A program made the position numbers and the translations under genes. From NCBI GenBank assembly GCA_002633005.1, contig NMRA01000213.1:426996-490995 (forward strand): 64,000 bases of DNA, written 5' to 3'. This DNA comes from Phoronis australis (lineage: Eukaryota > Animalia > Phoronida). Under the pieces are notes generated by a model that saw only the letters and a list, made by a program, of their open reading frames with translations, searched no databases and was not told the DNA's origin. Below, in pieces: positions 27,801 to 42,800 of the stretch (position 1 is the stretch's first letter; each line of letters begins with the position of its first letter).

Positions 27801-30800
27801 TCTAAATAAAGATTTCCCTAACATGTGACCATAGCATATAAAAACGAGTTATTGTTTCACAACAGCTTTCTGTCAGCAAACACTGAATCGCGCTCACACG
27901 GCCTCCGGTGCCTGGTCAATTACCTTTATTGCATCTGAAGCCGGTAACGCAGTGGTTTATTCATTGCTGGCTTCTCAAAACATTTGCACTCACAAATACT
28001 TCAAAGGCATTACAAATTGTATCTTATGAGACAGACTTTGCTTCAATTTTATATAAACATTGCTTGGGGTGAGTATAATTTATTTTGAAACAGAACGCAG
28101 ACTAAAAAACGCCAACATGGCAACTCGCAATCCCGACTTAGATAGTGCATCCGACGAAGACTTCTCAGGCTATGAGTTCGAACCGAAATACAGTGATCAA
28201 GAAGTACTAGAGAGGCGCCGTGAACATGCACAGGCAAAGGAACGCATGAATAGCTCTTTGGTAAGCTGGCATTCGTTAAACTCACTCATTGGTTGTTTCA
28301 TGGGCTCTTGCTGTTAGCAGGGTACTTTTCATTCTTCACTATACCGCGAGCCACTTCCTAAACATTTCGGACTCTCGAGGAAGTCGAAAAAATTATATAC
28401 CCGTTTTCCTCGCAGCTCCATAGTTCGGTCAAGCGGAAAAGATACACCACAATATACATGTAGCGGCATTCACTCTGTAAATAACCCACTGACGTCGCTG
28501 CGTCGTTTCTCACCTTCCTCACAGGTTAACGCGACACCTTTCGGCAAAGTAAGGTCGACCGTACGTGAGGCGCTGTGGATATAGACCGATTAAGACTGTA
28601 AAAAGACTAATTAAATCGGGTGGCATTCTCCTTTAAAGGGGTCACATGAGTTACGATCGGAATTGTCTATTTGCGACGGAAGGTCACGACATCAATAGCC
28701 TTACACTTAGCCACTAAGTGGGGGTCAACAATATTTTGGACTTGAAAACCACTTGCCCGGACTTCAAAACCAATCACTGGATTGCAAAACGAAGTGACTG
28801 ATGATCAAACATGTTCTCCGGACTTGGGTGGCGAAAAATACCTCGATTTCATCCAAATACAGGAGGATAGCATCATCTCACCAATAGATACATATACTTA
28901 AGTTCCAAATTTGATGAAAATCCGTTAAGGACCTGTAAAGATACAGAGGTAAATGGAAAAAAAATAAAATGGCCACTAAGAGGCACACTGAAGCACAGAT
29001 CTGTCCGAAAGTCGTGGTCGTCCGTTGTCAACATCTTATAAATACATTTTTTGCTAAGCTTAGTAAAGAGCCTGCAAACGGTTTAGGAGATACAGCTATG
29101 GGCACAAAAAACTGCCATTAGGAGGCACCACAGTAGTTGAAGACGTAGGAAAATTATTGTGGGCCGTCCTCTTCATAGTAAGAACATGCACGCCAATTTT
29201 CGCATTCATTCTTAGGGGGGATGGTTGATAGAAGGGTGGACGCCAACAAACATACTCGAAAACAGTAAAAATGGCCACTAGGTGGCGCAAACTACACAGA
29301 GTCCATACGAACACGAGAGGAGAGCGTTATCTCACTAATATGCCAAATTTTATGAAAATCCGTGGAGCACCTTTGAAGTTACAGAGGTAAAGGTAAAAAA
29401 ATAAACTTGGCACTAGGGTACACACCAGAAATCATATCCGTCCGAAAGTCGTCGTCCATTTTCAACATCATATAAATGCACTTGGTAAAGATCCTACAAA
29501 CGGTTTAGGAAATACAGTCATGAGCGCAAAAAGAAAACAAAACTGCCACTAGAAGGCGCCACAGTAGTCGAAGTCGTCGGAATATCACCGTCAAACGTCC
29601 TCTTCATAGTATGAACATGCAGTCCAATTTTCACAATCATCCTTAGAGCGGTTTGGTTGATAGAGGGTCGTCATTTTACTAATAGATGCCTATTTGCCAA
29701 ATTTTGTGAAAATAGGTTGAGGACCTTTGAAGATAAAAAGGTAAACGTGACCTGTTATTCTTGGACTTCATGAGATACATAATTTTCTATTTAACATTTT
29801 GGTATTCTTAGCCAAACAATACATTTACATGTACAAGAAGAGATGACACAAATATATACCTGATGTTCTCAAGTTTGTTACATATACTTATGAGTACTAC
29901 AATGCTGAAAATTAATTGCATATAAACAGTTTGTGTATGAGAGCTTCTCTGCGAAATGTGAAAATTTTATTGTTCACGCTAACTCCACGTAGCAGTTGTT
30001 CACTTCATACGAGATACGAGAATTCTCCCTCCTGAGGTGAGCATGCGTGAATTAATGGATGTACTTGTTTGTTTATTTTTGTGCTTGTTTTTCAACGGTA
30101 AAAATATCTGAAAAAATATGCAATTTCTCTTTCTATTATATTAGAAGATAAAATATAAATCAAAATTATTATTTTATCAATTATTTTCTTTTGTCAGAAA
30201 TAATGTGTGTAGGTATGTACGTGTGTATGTATAATAATCCTTTTGCGTCGTCGCATAAAAACGCATATTAAACGTTATCGTTTACTTCGTCGTTGGCCGT
30301 TTTTGTTCCTTACAACCCACTAATAATGAAACCTAGTTCAAATCCCTCAGTTAAATCACTGTGTTCTAAAGATATAGATGCCCGTTTCATATAAAATAGT
30401 TGCGCGTTTTGTACACATATGTCCGTTACCAGCTATTCTAATGACCCCGTGACCGTAGCGTTACATGTAACAGTGACGACTGAAATTGAATTCTTTACTT
30501 CTCAGTAGTAGGTGAACGTTCTTTCCCTGCACCGGAACTGATTTCAGCTTTTGTTTGCCAGACAACGGTGACATCTGGCAAGTTGTAATATAATCGCGAA
30601 AAAAAGAATTTTTTATAGCTAATGTCAATAGCTAATAATCTCCTTCAGAAATTCTGTTTTTCAGCCAGAAAAACGATAATTCCCCTTTAAATCATCAGCA
30701 AGATATTTGTTAACTAAACACCTTAAAAGTCCGTTGTTCGCATATGATACATGTAACTTTCGCTCTCGTTAGAATGACTTGTACTGCAACGAATCTCGAT

Positions 30801-33800
30801 ATACTAACCAGCTGTGACAGTCATCATCAAGTGTGTTGTATAACTTACTGTTTATTTATCGAATTTTGCAAGCCTGTCGGAAGATTCATTGTAAACTGAC
30901 ATTTTCTTTAAAATGATCTGGAAATTGGCTCATCATTCTTTTTCGGAAGACATTTTTCAATTGCAAATTACCATTTTTCCTTATTTTTCCCTATAAGTTG
31001 GCCAACCACAGCCTTTGTACACGTGTTGCCACTGGTCGCTTCAAAACCTTCAGCATTTCGATTTATGTAAAGCACGACTCAAGCTGTGGAATCGGAACCG
31101 GTACGAGTGCACCCCGTCTCCACCGGTAGCGCGGTTGCGGCCTTGTGCAAATAAAGGTTAAGGCCGTCAAGGTTATGTACATACATGTAGAACCCTCAAA
31201 AATATACAGGTATGGTAAATTTCGGAACATCATATTTCAGAAACAGCTGATGGAATTCATATGAAACCTTCAGATAATATGCTTCATACGCTGAAGAATA
31301 AGTTACGAATGTTTCACATTTTCATGAGGTGCTATCAAAAATAGGACTTTGACGAAAAAGCTCCGAAGTTGCACGAAAATGGGATGATAATGTCGAAAGT
31401 TGTAACATCGTTTTTGAGATTCCATCTTGGACATTTGCATCGAACAAAACGTCATCATGATTTTGATACCATTGTTTTGCTACAGCCTTCGTTTTTGCTG
31501 AAATTTATTTAAAAGATAGGACCTCGTGACACAATAAATGTTGGGTTGGCATAAAACGACAATTCAAATTCTACAGGCTCCAGGGGAGGATCCAGGATTT
31601 TGAGTTAGGAGGGGCCAGGGCAGAGTATTAGCCAGGGTTTTGGCCGTCAGACATTCGCACCCACGAACTGCCAAATGGAATCTGGGAGAATTTTAAGAGT
31701 CCTTGGCCCCCCTCTAAATCCGCCACTGGGTTCTCCGCGCTTCCAGAAAATATATATTTTTACCGAGTCGTTAAATTTCCTAGTTTTGTAGATATTTAGC
31801 TTATTGAACAGTCGATAGCGTCCTACGTTTCTTTCCTGGATTTCCATCACAACCAGNTTTTTTTTCACTACCAACCGCCGTGGAGTATTTGTTACTGTTT
31901 CTTTGAAGGGAGATATTGTTGGGCAGTTTCTAAGATACGTTTTCTTGCCGCCCTCAAAATGAGCGCTGCACACTTTATGCTACGAAGTCGGAAAGAATTC
32001 ACGAAGTCGGCCTTTGCTACCAGCTCTACCGATGTCTCTGACCCATGTTTAACGCAGTTCTTGATCCTTGGGAAACAGGTAGTAACTAAATTTTTTATTT
32101 CGCTAACTGGTATTATAGCATGCCAGGCACACAACACGTATAACCTCCCTGTGGCCGGTTCGCCCCCACGCTTGCCGACGTACTTGTTTACCGGCTTAAC
32201 CACAATGCAACATTCGGACCCATTTCCAATATGGCGGCGTTGCAACTCCGCTATTATCACAATCATCCTTAGAGCGGTTTGGTTGATAGAGGGTCTATAT
32301 GCCAAATTTTGTGAAAATACGTTGAGGACCTTTGAAGATACAAAGGTAAACGTAACGTGTTATTCTTGGACTTCATGAGATACATAATTTTCTATTTAAC
32401 ATTTTGGTATTCTTAGCCAAACAATACACTTACATGTACAAGGAGAGATGACACAAATATATACCTGATGTTCTCAAGTTTGTTACATATACTTATGAGT
32501 ACTACAATGCTGAAAATTAATTGCATATAAAAAGTTTGTGTATGAGAGCTTCTCTGCGAAATGTGAAAATTTTATTGTTCTCGCTAACTCCACGTAGCAG
32601 TTGTTCACTTTTTACGAGATACGAGAATGCTCCCTCCTGAGGGGAGCATGCGTGAATGAATGGATGTACTTGTTTGTTTATTTTTGTGCTTGTTTTTCAA
32701 CGGTAAAAATATCTGAAAAAATATGCAATTTCTTTTTCTATTATATTAGAAGATAAAATATAAATCAAAATTATTATTTTATCAATTATTTTCTTTAGTC
32801 AGAAATAATGTGTGTAGGTATGTACGTGTGTATGTATAATAATCCTTTTGCGTCGTCGCATAAAAACGCATATTAAACGTTATCGTTGACTTCGTCGTTG
32901 GCCGTTTTTGTTCCTTACAACCCACTAATAATTAAACCTAGTTCAAATCCCTCAGTTAAATCACTGTGTTCTAAAGATATAGGTGCCCGTTCCATATAAA
33001 ATAGTTGCGCGTTTTGTACACATATGTCCGTTACCAGCTATTCTAATGACCCCGTGACCGTAGCCTTACATGTAACAGTGACGACTGGAATTGAATTCTT
33101 TACTTCTCAGTAGTAGGTGAACGTTCTTTCAAGGAGCTTAACTCAAGACTTAAGTAGCAATGTTTTATGTGCACCGGAACTGATTTCAGCTTTTGTTTGC
33201 CACACAACGGTGACATCTGGCAACTTGTAATATGATCGCGAAAAAAGAGAATTTTTTATAGCTAATGTCAACAGCTAATAATCTCCTTCAAAAATTCTGT
33301 TTTTCAGCCAGAAAAACGATAATTCCCCTTTAAATCATCAGCAAGATATTTTTAACTAAACACCTTAAAAGTCCGTTGTTCGCATATGATACATGTAAAT
33401 TTCGCTCGCGCTAGAATGACTTGTATTGCAACGAATCTCGATAAACTAACCAGCTGTGACAGTCATCATCAAGTCTGTTATATAACTTACTGTTTATTTA
33501 TCGAATTTTGCAAGCCTGTCGGAAAAGTCATTGTAAACTGACATTTTCTTTAAAATGATCTGGAAATTGGCTCATCATTCTTTTTCCGAAGATATTTTTC
33601 AATTGCAAATTACCATTTTTCCTTATTTTTCCCTATAAGTTGGCCAACCACAGCATTTGTACACGTGTTGCCACTGGTCGCTTCAAAACCTTCAGCAGTT
33701 CGACTTATGTAAAACACGACTCAAGCTGTGGAATCGAAACCGGTACGAGTGCACCCCGTCTCCACCGGTAGCGCGGTTGCGGCCTTGTGCAAATAAAGAT

Positions 33801-36800
33801 TAAGGCCGTCAAGGTTATGTACATGTAGGACCCTCAAAAATAAACAGGTATGGTAAATTTCGGAACATCATATTTCAGAAACAGCTGATGGAATTCATAT
33901 GAAACCTTCAGATAATATGCTTCATACGCTGAGGGATAAGTTTCGAATGTTTCACATTTTCATGAGGTGCTATCAAAAATAGGACTTTGATGATTTTGAC
34001 GAAAAAGCTCCGAAGTTGCACGAAAATGGGATGATAATGTCGAAAGTTGTAACATCGTTTTTGAGATTCCATCTTGGACATTTGCATCGAACAAAACGTC
34101 ATCATGATTTTGATACCATTGTTTTGCTACAGCCTTCGTTTTTGCTGAAATTAATTTAAAAGATAGGACCTCGTGACACAATAAATGTTGGGTTGGCATA
34201 AAATCACAATTCAAATTCTACAGGCTCCAGGGGAGGATTCAGGATTTTGAGTTAGGAGGGGCCAGGGCAGAGTATTAGCCGTTTTGGCCGTCAGACATTC
34301 GCACCCACGAACTGCCAAATGGAATCTGGGAGAATTTTAGGAGGCCTTGGCCCCCGTCTAAATCCGCCACTGGGTTCTCCGCTGCCAGAAAATATATATT
34401 TTTACCGAGTCGTTAAATTTTCTAGTTTTGTAGATATTTAGCTTATTGAACAGCCTTGTCGATAGCGTCCTACGTTTCTTTCCTGGATTTCCATCACAAC
34501 CAGAACATGAATCAATTGTAAATATAACTTCTTAAAGTATCATTAACTCGGGAGGGGCTGCGGTCAGTCTTCAACTTGGCAGATTGATAAACTGGGGATC
34601 TTTGGATGGATTTATTTATCATACTGGCATGTGTTAAACCGGTTAAAACAATATAAACAAAACATGTATACCAGATCAACACCCAGCCCATTGTGGCTTG
34701 TGTGTCACTATTATCTGCGTCTCAAAATGCATCATGCGTAAAGATTTAAAACTATCCGAACAAACTCATTGACTTCAGTTAAGCTACATCAGACAAAGGA
34801 AAACGTTATTAGACAAATTCTTCGTTTCATTATAAAGTGTTCTTCGGAAATCATTGTAGTACAGTAACACACGCAATGACGTTCAGCATTCAGAGTACAT
34901 CGAATGCATATTAATTTATCTTCTGGATCTGTTCAATACGTGTGGTCGTATGTTACCGCCGTAGTTGTCTGGGCCGGGCCTTTCGAAACTTTCATGAGAT
35001 TGCACCGATGCGTATATCTGAAGCTCGCTACCAAGTTCCGTGGCGGATCTTTTTATAAATTAAGCTTTTGCGGGCCGAGAGCTATGATTTCAGCTTCGCA
35101 TGCTAAAGGTTCTATGAAGGGTACAGTGTAGGCCTACCTGTAGTTAGAGCTACGTTCCCGTCATAAATGTTCCTCTTCGTTCCGGTAGGATTCTGGGTCG
35201 CTTCCCAGGGAATCAGTTTCCTGCCCTGAATTTCAATTGCTGCGTATAGTTACAGAAGCACTTGTAAATCTGCCCCGTGTTTGGCTTAGACGCAATTCGA
35301 TAATTTCCTTGATGAGATGAATTGACTGGCAGCATGCCCGCACCCAGGCTAAAAATGGGGACTCGGGATTTTTGAGAACGTGGACGTTTTATTAGGATTC
35401 ACGGCCGTTCTTAACCACGTTGATTTTTAAAATGCGTGGCATGTACGTGTAAGCTACTAAAGAAACCAACTGAGCTAACAGGATGTTGCTGAAATTAAAT
35501 AATTAATTATAGTATTGCCGGTCTGTACACTGTCGGATATGCCTAGTGAGCGCAATAAACCCGGACATCATAAACGAGTAAGGTGTTTCATACTTTTATT
35601 TACATAAATAACACCACTAAACAGCATGACTCTTGAGTGCACCTTACTGAGAAATTGCATGTACATGTACATGTACGGCAGGCCTATATGACGTAACGTG
35701 GCTCGGCCTGAAACGAATATGGCTAGCTTTGTAAGTGCAGCATACATGTAAGCCTCTAAGTATATAAATACAGTGTATGTTTGGAAAATGAAGGTCTCAT
35801 TTTCATTGAGCATTCACGTTATAACTTAAAGTGATTGTTAAATTGCCCATTGATTATGCAGAACAAATTTTCTACGTCATTTGCTGGTCTTCGAAACTCA
35901 ATACAACCCTTTCAAGTCTTCCTGGAGTTTCTGGCAAGTCTGCACCACTTCTAAGGGGTCTGTTGGCAAGTTGGGATGAATATGTACGAATGCAAGTCCG
36001 AGAGGCGATCTTCATTCATTCAAGCACGCGTGAACGTGTAGAGACGTCTCAAAGCACTTGCACTGCGATCACATCCAATACTAGTGACAGGAAGTGTTCA
36101 TTCTATACGCAATGGCGTATAGATGTTGGGTTACATCACGTCATCGTCCTCAGTGTTGAAGGAAGTTGATATTCAGATATGTCCGAAAATTTGATGCGGC
36201 ATCTCAGTAATTCGTAATCAACCGTGTCTTGAGATGTACGAAAAGCAGCGAATGTCTTCTGGCTCTTGGGTGGTCATAACAGAAGGAACAAAACTAATCA
36301 CATTGGCCCCTTTCTGTGTACAGCGTTTCGAGGTGGTTTCTAACGTGAGCAATTAGTGGTATCGCCACGTTGATCCTGTAATATTGCTAAAGAAGAAGAC
36401 TCAACCGTGAGCCGGTAATGCCCCGTTTGCGCTCAACGTCACTGACGCGTGTCTTTCATGGTGAAACGTCGACTTGCTCAGCCATGCTGCAGGCAAACGC
36501 GTAGACAATGCTGGATAACGAATCCATTTCCAGAGGTTCATGATCGTACGCGTACACGCTTTTCATGTTATAGGCAATTACACACCAACTTGCGACCTTA
36601 CAACTGAGTGGTTATCCCACGTAAGTGGCTCAGAAACGTGTACACCACTGCGCAAGTTTCCTCAGCTGTTCCAACTGAACCCACATGCTTTGTCACACTT
36701 GTCTTTTTCAGCATCATGTCCTGTTGTTTCATTAACACACGCGAGCCACGATGCTGGTGGATCCTCTGTTAACAGTGGGTCGTCTGTTACGTACACGTGT

Positions 36801-39800
36801 GATTCCGGTCACTTGTTCGAAAGCATGGTTAAGACAAAACAGTTGCAGTGCACAGACGGTGGCACGTGGGACAAACCTCTAGGAGTGTGCGAGAATTTCA
36901 CGGCCACGATAAACTTTACCGCAGAAGGTAAGTACTATTCTGTACCCGGTGCATGTGTTCACTTACCATACTTCCGATCGGCACATTTTGAATAGGCCGA
37001 CTTCGGTACCAGTAGTGCATGCAGAAACATCGCGACTGGATAGCGTATTTTATCAGAGAATCTCATTTATTCTTGTAAGGACATAGGCGGATTTAAGGGG
37101 GGGGCAAGGAGCCCACAGGAACTGCAACAGCGCGAAACATGAGGAAATATAACTCGGACCGGTAGTGGAGAAGGGGGGGGGGGCGGCTGTGGAAGCTCAG
37201 ACCCCCGGGATCGCGTTCCCGTTTTTTTAGTCGATAGATTTTCCGAACAGAGGGTTCATACTCCCGGCCTCCCCTACCGGGTACGCCTGTACACATACAG
37301 CCGCGCTTTGCCCGGTTTCCCGTGGCAACATATTGGGCCCCCCTTATGGTATCCTAGATCCGCCACTGCAGGTCAGTACCAAAACGACAGTACTTTCTCT
37401 CAGAAATATCAAAGGTCGCCTAAAAACTAGTGCAATGGTTTGAATAATGTGTTTTTAGATACGTACACCCCTTTGGGAGATACATGTACTTGCGTGGTGG
37501 ATTTCCCTTGTAATAAATTCTTGTGTCCGAGGGTAATTGTATTGTGAAAGAACATGAAATAATTTAAAAAAGACAAGCGTATCCAGACTTTACGAATTTG
37601 AAGAAAATCAATTTTCAGCTAAACCTGAAAACGTGCCGGCGCGAGCACGGTAAAAATGGCCAGTTTCCGATTAGGGCAACTGCGTGAAAAAGGGTCACAT
37701 TGCGGTAGTATTTCTTCGAGCTGAGAAGAGTTAAAGACATCAACGGTTTCCTAAGGTGTGCCACTGCGCGTAAAAGGATAGTAACATGACTTTGATGGTT
37801 TAATAATTGAGAGACATAATTCGACGTAAAGCTTCTGGCGTATGAAGGGCCTATGGGATGGTCACCGTCTCTACTGGGGCCAGTCGAGATGGTGGCACTG
37901 CCAGTGAAAGTCATCGCATCTATCGTTTCTTGGCGGTTTGCTGGAGGTTTTAATCACCCAAACACTACTAGCGTTTTCGCTAGCACTTATAATAATGTAA
38001 GCCTTATTTCGTGCGCTTTGGTTCTATTATAGTAATGAACTTATGGCATAGAGTGAACGAGTTTTTGACATCAAATGCCACCCGGGTTCCAACAGTGAGC
38101 CATTAGCGGGGCAGCTCGTCTGGCTGGCTAAAATGCTAGTGTTTTCTCACCTATAAACTCTGCTTTGATTGCAATATAGAACCAGGAAAGCAAAATACGT
38201 TTCAAAATGAAACCAAGACAATCAACTTCGCCAATGAGCGAAACGGATATTTAAGACAGTAGACAAAATTACCACGCTACCTGCCGATCTAGGACTGAAT
38301 ACGCCTTAAAAAGCAATTAGTTAACAGGTAGTGCCACGCTGTTCCATGTTCGCATGCGTGGAACGTAGTCCTATCGTCTCATTGTCAATGCCTTGTTCAA
38401 TTTGAATTTTGAAAAGCCTATCAATATTTGATACTGTTCAAACTTTTAACTGTGTTCGTCATTCATTGATTGTGCACTGCTGTTGGAGTACATGTACCTG
38501 TAAGTCTATCAATAAATACAGTGCGTGAGCTTGTTGGTACGCAAATTATGTTTTTATTGCTATAAATTTTCGGTTGGTAATACAGAGGACCCAATTACAT
38601 GTATCTGTTGTGCCGGGTGCCCACCATATGGTTGAGACGACTCAGGTTGAACATGAATCAGTCTTAGGGAATGTTGATGACTTTAGATCATTGCTTTCTT
38701 TCAAGGGTTTCAAATGCTTTGCTGGCTTTCAGAGTCCGCATACATTCACAATACGGGAACATCGACAATGAAGGCTACATGCCAGCTGAGCCCAGCCAAT
38801 AACCTGCTGATTTAACATCTAAATGGAAATTCTGGATAAAGTTTGTGTTTGGAACCATTGCTGCTGCTAATAATAACGAGACAAATGAATGGATGGCCAA
38901 CACGCAGGGAACACGTTTAGTATGACCGTCATGCTGGCGTTTTGAGCCAGTACAATCAAATTAAAGTACCAAAGTTAAAAACAATAATTACTACGTCACA
39001 TTTACGTAGGCTGTAAATTATTAAGATCTTCGAACATTATTTTTTGCCTGTCTATCGATCAGGTCAATCTTGACCTACTGTATCTCTACTCGCCAGGACC
39101 ATAGAATAGGTGCAACTGTGGTCAGAGCACACCGATAAATACGAACTCTTAATTTTACATATAATTCTCAAGTGCTACATTACCTTCGTTGTTAACAGCT
39201 GCAAATTCTTTGAAATGTGATGTGACTGTGTAATTTCTACATGTACAATAGTTCGACTTGTGCGTCTTATATTGGTAGACAACACCACTAAACATCTGAC
39301 TACGAAATTGAAGATTTTAGAAAAAAAACACACGCCTTTATCCTATTGTAGGTGAACATCACGCAATGATAGTTGACGGAGATAAGGAGCTCCGCACGTC
39401 TTCCGGAGCCATAAGTCCCTATTCAGAATTAACGACGGCATGTGGCGGCGAATGTTCAAAACTGTGCCGAGATGACTCTAACTGCCAGGCTTCCCAATGG
39501 AATCTCGTCGACAAGAAATGTCAACTCGTACAGACAGGGGTAACGCTGACGAAGACTACGAACGTTAACTACACTGCTTTTACGAAAACAAGCAGAGTAT
39601 TCACAAGTAAGTTTTCAAAGTTTTAACACTTTGTAACTATTGTTGAGCACACGGTATGGAAGTGGTCAGAAGAAACGACACTTGTCCGCTTAGTCAATTC
39701 ATCACAGTAAAGAGACTGAGACAACCGGTTTGATTTGATCAGATACAAAAATTATCATACAATACAAATCAAAGAGTGATATTTGAAAAAGCGCATCAAA

Positions 39801-42800
39801 AATACAATAATGACTGCGATCGTACATGTATATATTTCCAGGCGTACATATTTCTTTTCATTTAAATGGCATACATGTATGCATGTATTGTACAATGTGA
39901 TTTGGTTGCCAACCAAGGTACATGTAGAATCCACTAATGGCTGGTTACTTGTGCTGATTAATACTCATACAGTACATGCAGTACAGTTTTATGTTCACTA
40001 AATAACAGTCATCCAACTGGTTCTGAAAATCTATGCACCTGTAAGTGAGTATTAACCAGTTTTCTCTCCCATGGGTTGGCTTACACAGCAGGTAAAAAAC
40101 TATGGCTTTTTGGTCTGACTTATTATAAGCATACAACTGAACGATGACATGATTAACATTCCTATAGAGGTGGACAGTTAATTGGTATAATTTTCACGAC
40201 GTGCAGTTAATGGTGAACTGCACCAGTGGAAACCGCTAAGGGTTGTACAATCCGGATGTGAATCCCCATTAAGGTCACTCCGTGTCTGCCTGTACCAAGT
40301 CGAAGAGCAAGTGGGGTGGACTGCTCCATGCTAAAGTTCCATTCCTTCCCACGGGCGGCCTTCATTTAGCGCGCACTTCTTGAGACGCTCAGGCGGTCAC
40401 ACATCCTGCTTGTTATGCCGGCATCTCCACTACGTGAGCCTTTAAGTGGTCAAAGTAATGTACAGAAATGCACTCACAGTTCACTACATCACCTGGATCT
40501 CAAATTCAGCTTCCGTATCTTGCGCGCATCCATGGTGCTTGGGGTTGTCTAACAAGCCCTCCTCCATATTTGACAAAGTAGGCAAAAAGTTAGAATTAGA
40601 AAAACATAAACTTTGAAAAACTAGAAAGCGAGACAAAAGTCCACGAAAAAGGTAAGAAATACCAAATTTCGGTGACGCACAATTCATACATGTATCTCTG
40701 AAGGTACCCCGTGAATCTTAGCAGAAGGTCCATATTCACAAAATCCGAACCCCCATTTCTTAGGCTAGGTGCGCGCATGCATGTATTGGACTCGATGTGA
40801 ACGGCAAATAAACGACTCACTTTTGGAGAGCGAAGAATTAACGCACAATGATTCCGTCACCAAAAATGGTCAAAGATATCCGTCGGCAATCAATCTTTTC
40901 CCAAGTTAATTCATCTATTATATTAACCTTTTTAAGAAGTGTAATATTTTTCCTAAGTCCATAAACAGAGCAGTAAGTCATTTTAATGACTTACAAATCA
41001 AACTATTTAAAAATAGTTTGATTTGTACATATAGTTGTTGGAACGTCATGCACAAGTATAGTCACCTAAACTGGTGTTTCCTGTAACAATTTTGTAGTAC
41101 AGGACGTTCTTATTCTATTGTGGTGGTTAACCAGTTTTTGTTACCCTCAGTTAAGTTTTCGTTGGTTTAAACTGGTGCTGAGACAGGGCATGTACGTGTT
41201 AGCGCCTACAACTATTTGAAATAAAATATACTGTGCTTTAACTTGGAAGTAAACAAATCTCAAAACCTCGTTTGTGCGATATTGGAACTTCGTTAGTGAA
41301 TGCTTGACCGATAGTTATCTGGCAATCAAGATCGCCAATATTGGAAAAAATCACTAAACGTTGTTTGAAATGTCCATTCTTTGATTAAAATGACGCTTGG
41401 ATTGTTGCGGTGCGTTTTTTGTCAACGTGATGTGGTTATGAGTGTATTTATCAAGTCTGCATGTGTTTTCGATATTCACGCACACGCAGTCTTGAGCTCA
41501 GGTGGGATTCCCTTGTTCATGTACAATGGCATCATTATTCGTAGGTCCATGTTCGTCGCCCAAAAAGTTGCAAGTTTACATGATGGAAGGCAAGAGGATG
41601 AGAAATGGAGTGCTTCAAGGACATACCAATATATTGGATGTGAACTCCTGCCTCGAAGAGTGTCTGAAAACTAGCGGCTGTCTATCGGCTGATTACTTTG
41701 TTGAAATGAACATTTGCAGGGTGAGGAACATGCATTGGATATCGCAACATACTCCGCCGATCAAATTTAATTCCGGAAATGCCATCCACATTGAATTTGA
41801 ATGCACTGAAGGTACGTAGAATCTATGCATGATTAATTCAAACTATGTTGCATGCCTCGAATGGAGGAACACAAATCCGCAATTCCAACTATTATCTCTG
41901 CTGCTATTACATGTACTGGAGTTTAGCTCAAACACTCCCAATGAAATATACGTCCCTTGAACGTATGAAAGTCTTGTTTCCAAGGTGCTCCTGAGCTTGT
42001 ATTCAAATTCAAATGTTTGTGATTTAAACTAATGGCAACCCTCACAGGTTCAAGTTTTGTGGCGAAATTTGGGTCACTTTGTTTGGATCGCGTCGGCCAT
42101 ATTGGAGGACAGCGGGATGAGTTACGAGTAAAACTTTGTGTAAATTGTTTTCGCCAACAAATTACGTTGAACTTTAGTTAGACATATCTTTACTTACTAT
42201 TCTGCACGATTTAGCAGTGTTCACCAAATTTCAGCCTCGCAGTTGTTACTCATTAAGTGATAAATGTGTTCTCAATTCCCGTTGTACTTCGTCTCATTTC
42301 TGGCGGCACCTACGATGTCGACTTTTGCTGAACTGAAAGGCATATTCAATCGGCTACTTTGTAATTTGTGAAGATTCAGTTTAACGTTGATACATTTTGA
42401 CAAACGTTGCTACAAAAAAGAAACTTTGTTCAATTTTCGTGTTTTTGTTTTTGTGTTTGTGGCCAGCGACCAGTTAGGCCTAAGGGTAGTCTTGGCGCAA
42501 AGCTTGATAGGCCTACTAACAAGCTGTATTTTGACTATAGTCTTCACTGGTAGCTGGTGACTGAGGCTAACTAAGGTCTGCCGCGGCAGTGTGACACAGG
42601 ACTAACCAGCCCGTAATTTCATGCAAGTGTCTGAAACTACCCTTGAATATATGCAGCATTTATCATTTGACCATTTTACTTCGACAAAACAGCTTGCAAC
42701 CGCATGCATTTACCGTTCGCCAGTGTCTGGTCTCGATCTGCACCGGGTCCGATAGGCTGCGGTCCCGAGTCTGGCAAAATAATTTCTGTCAAAATTTATT

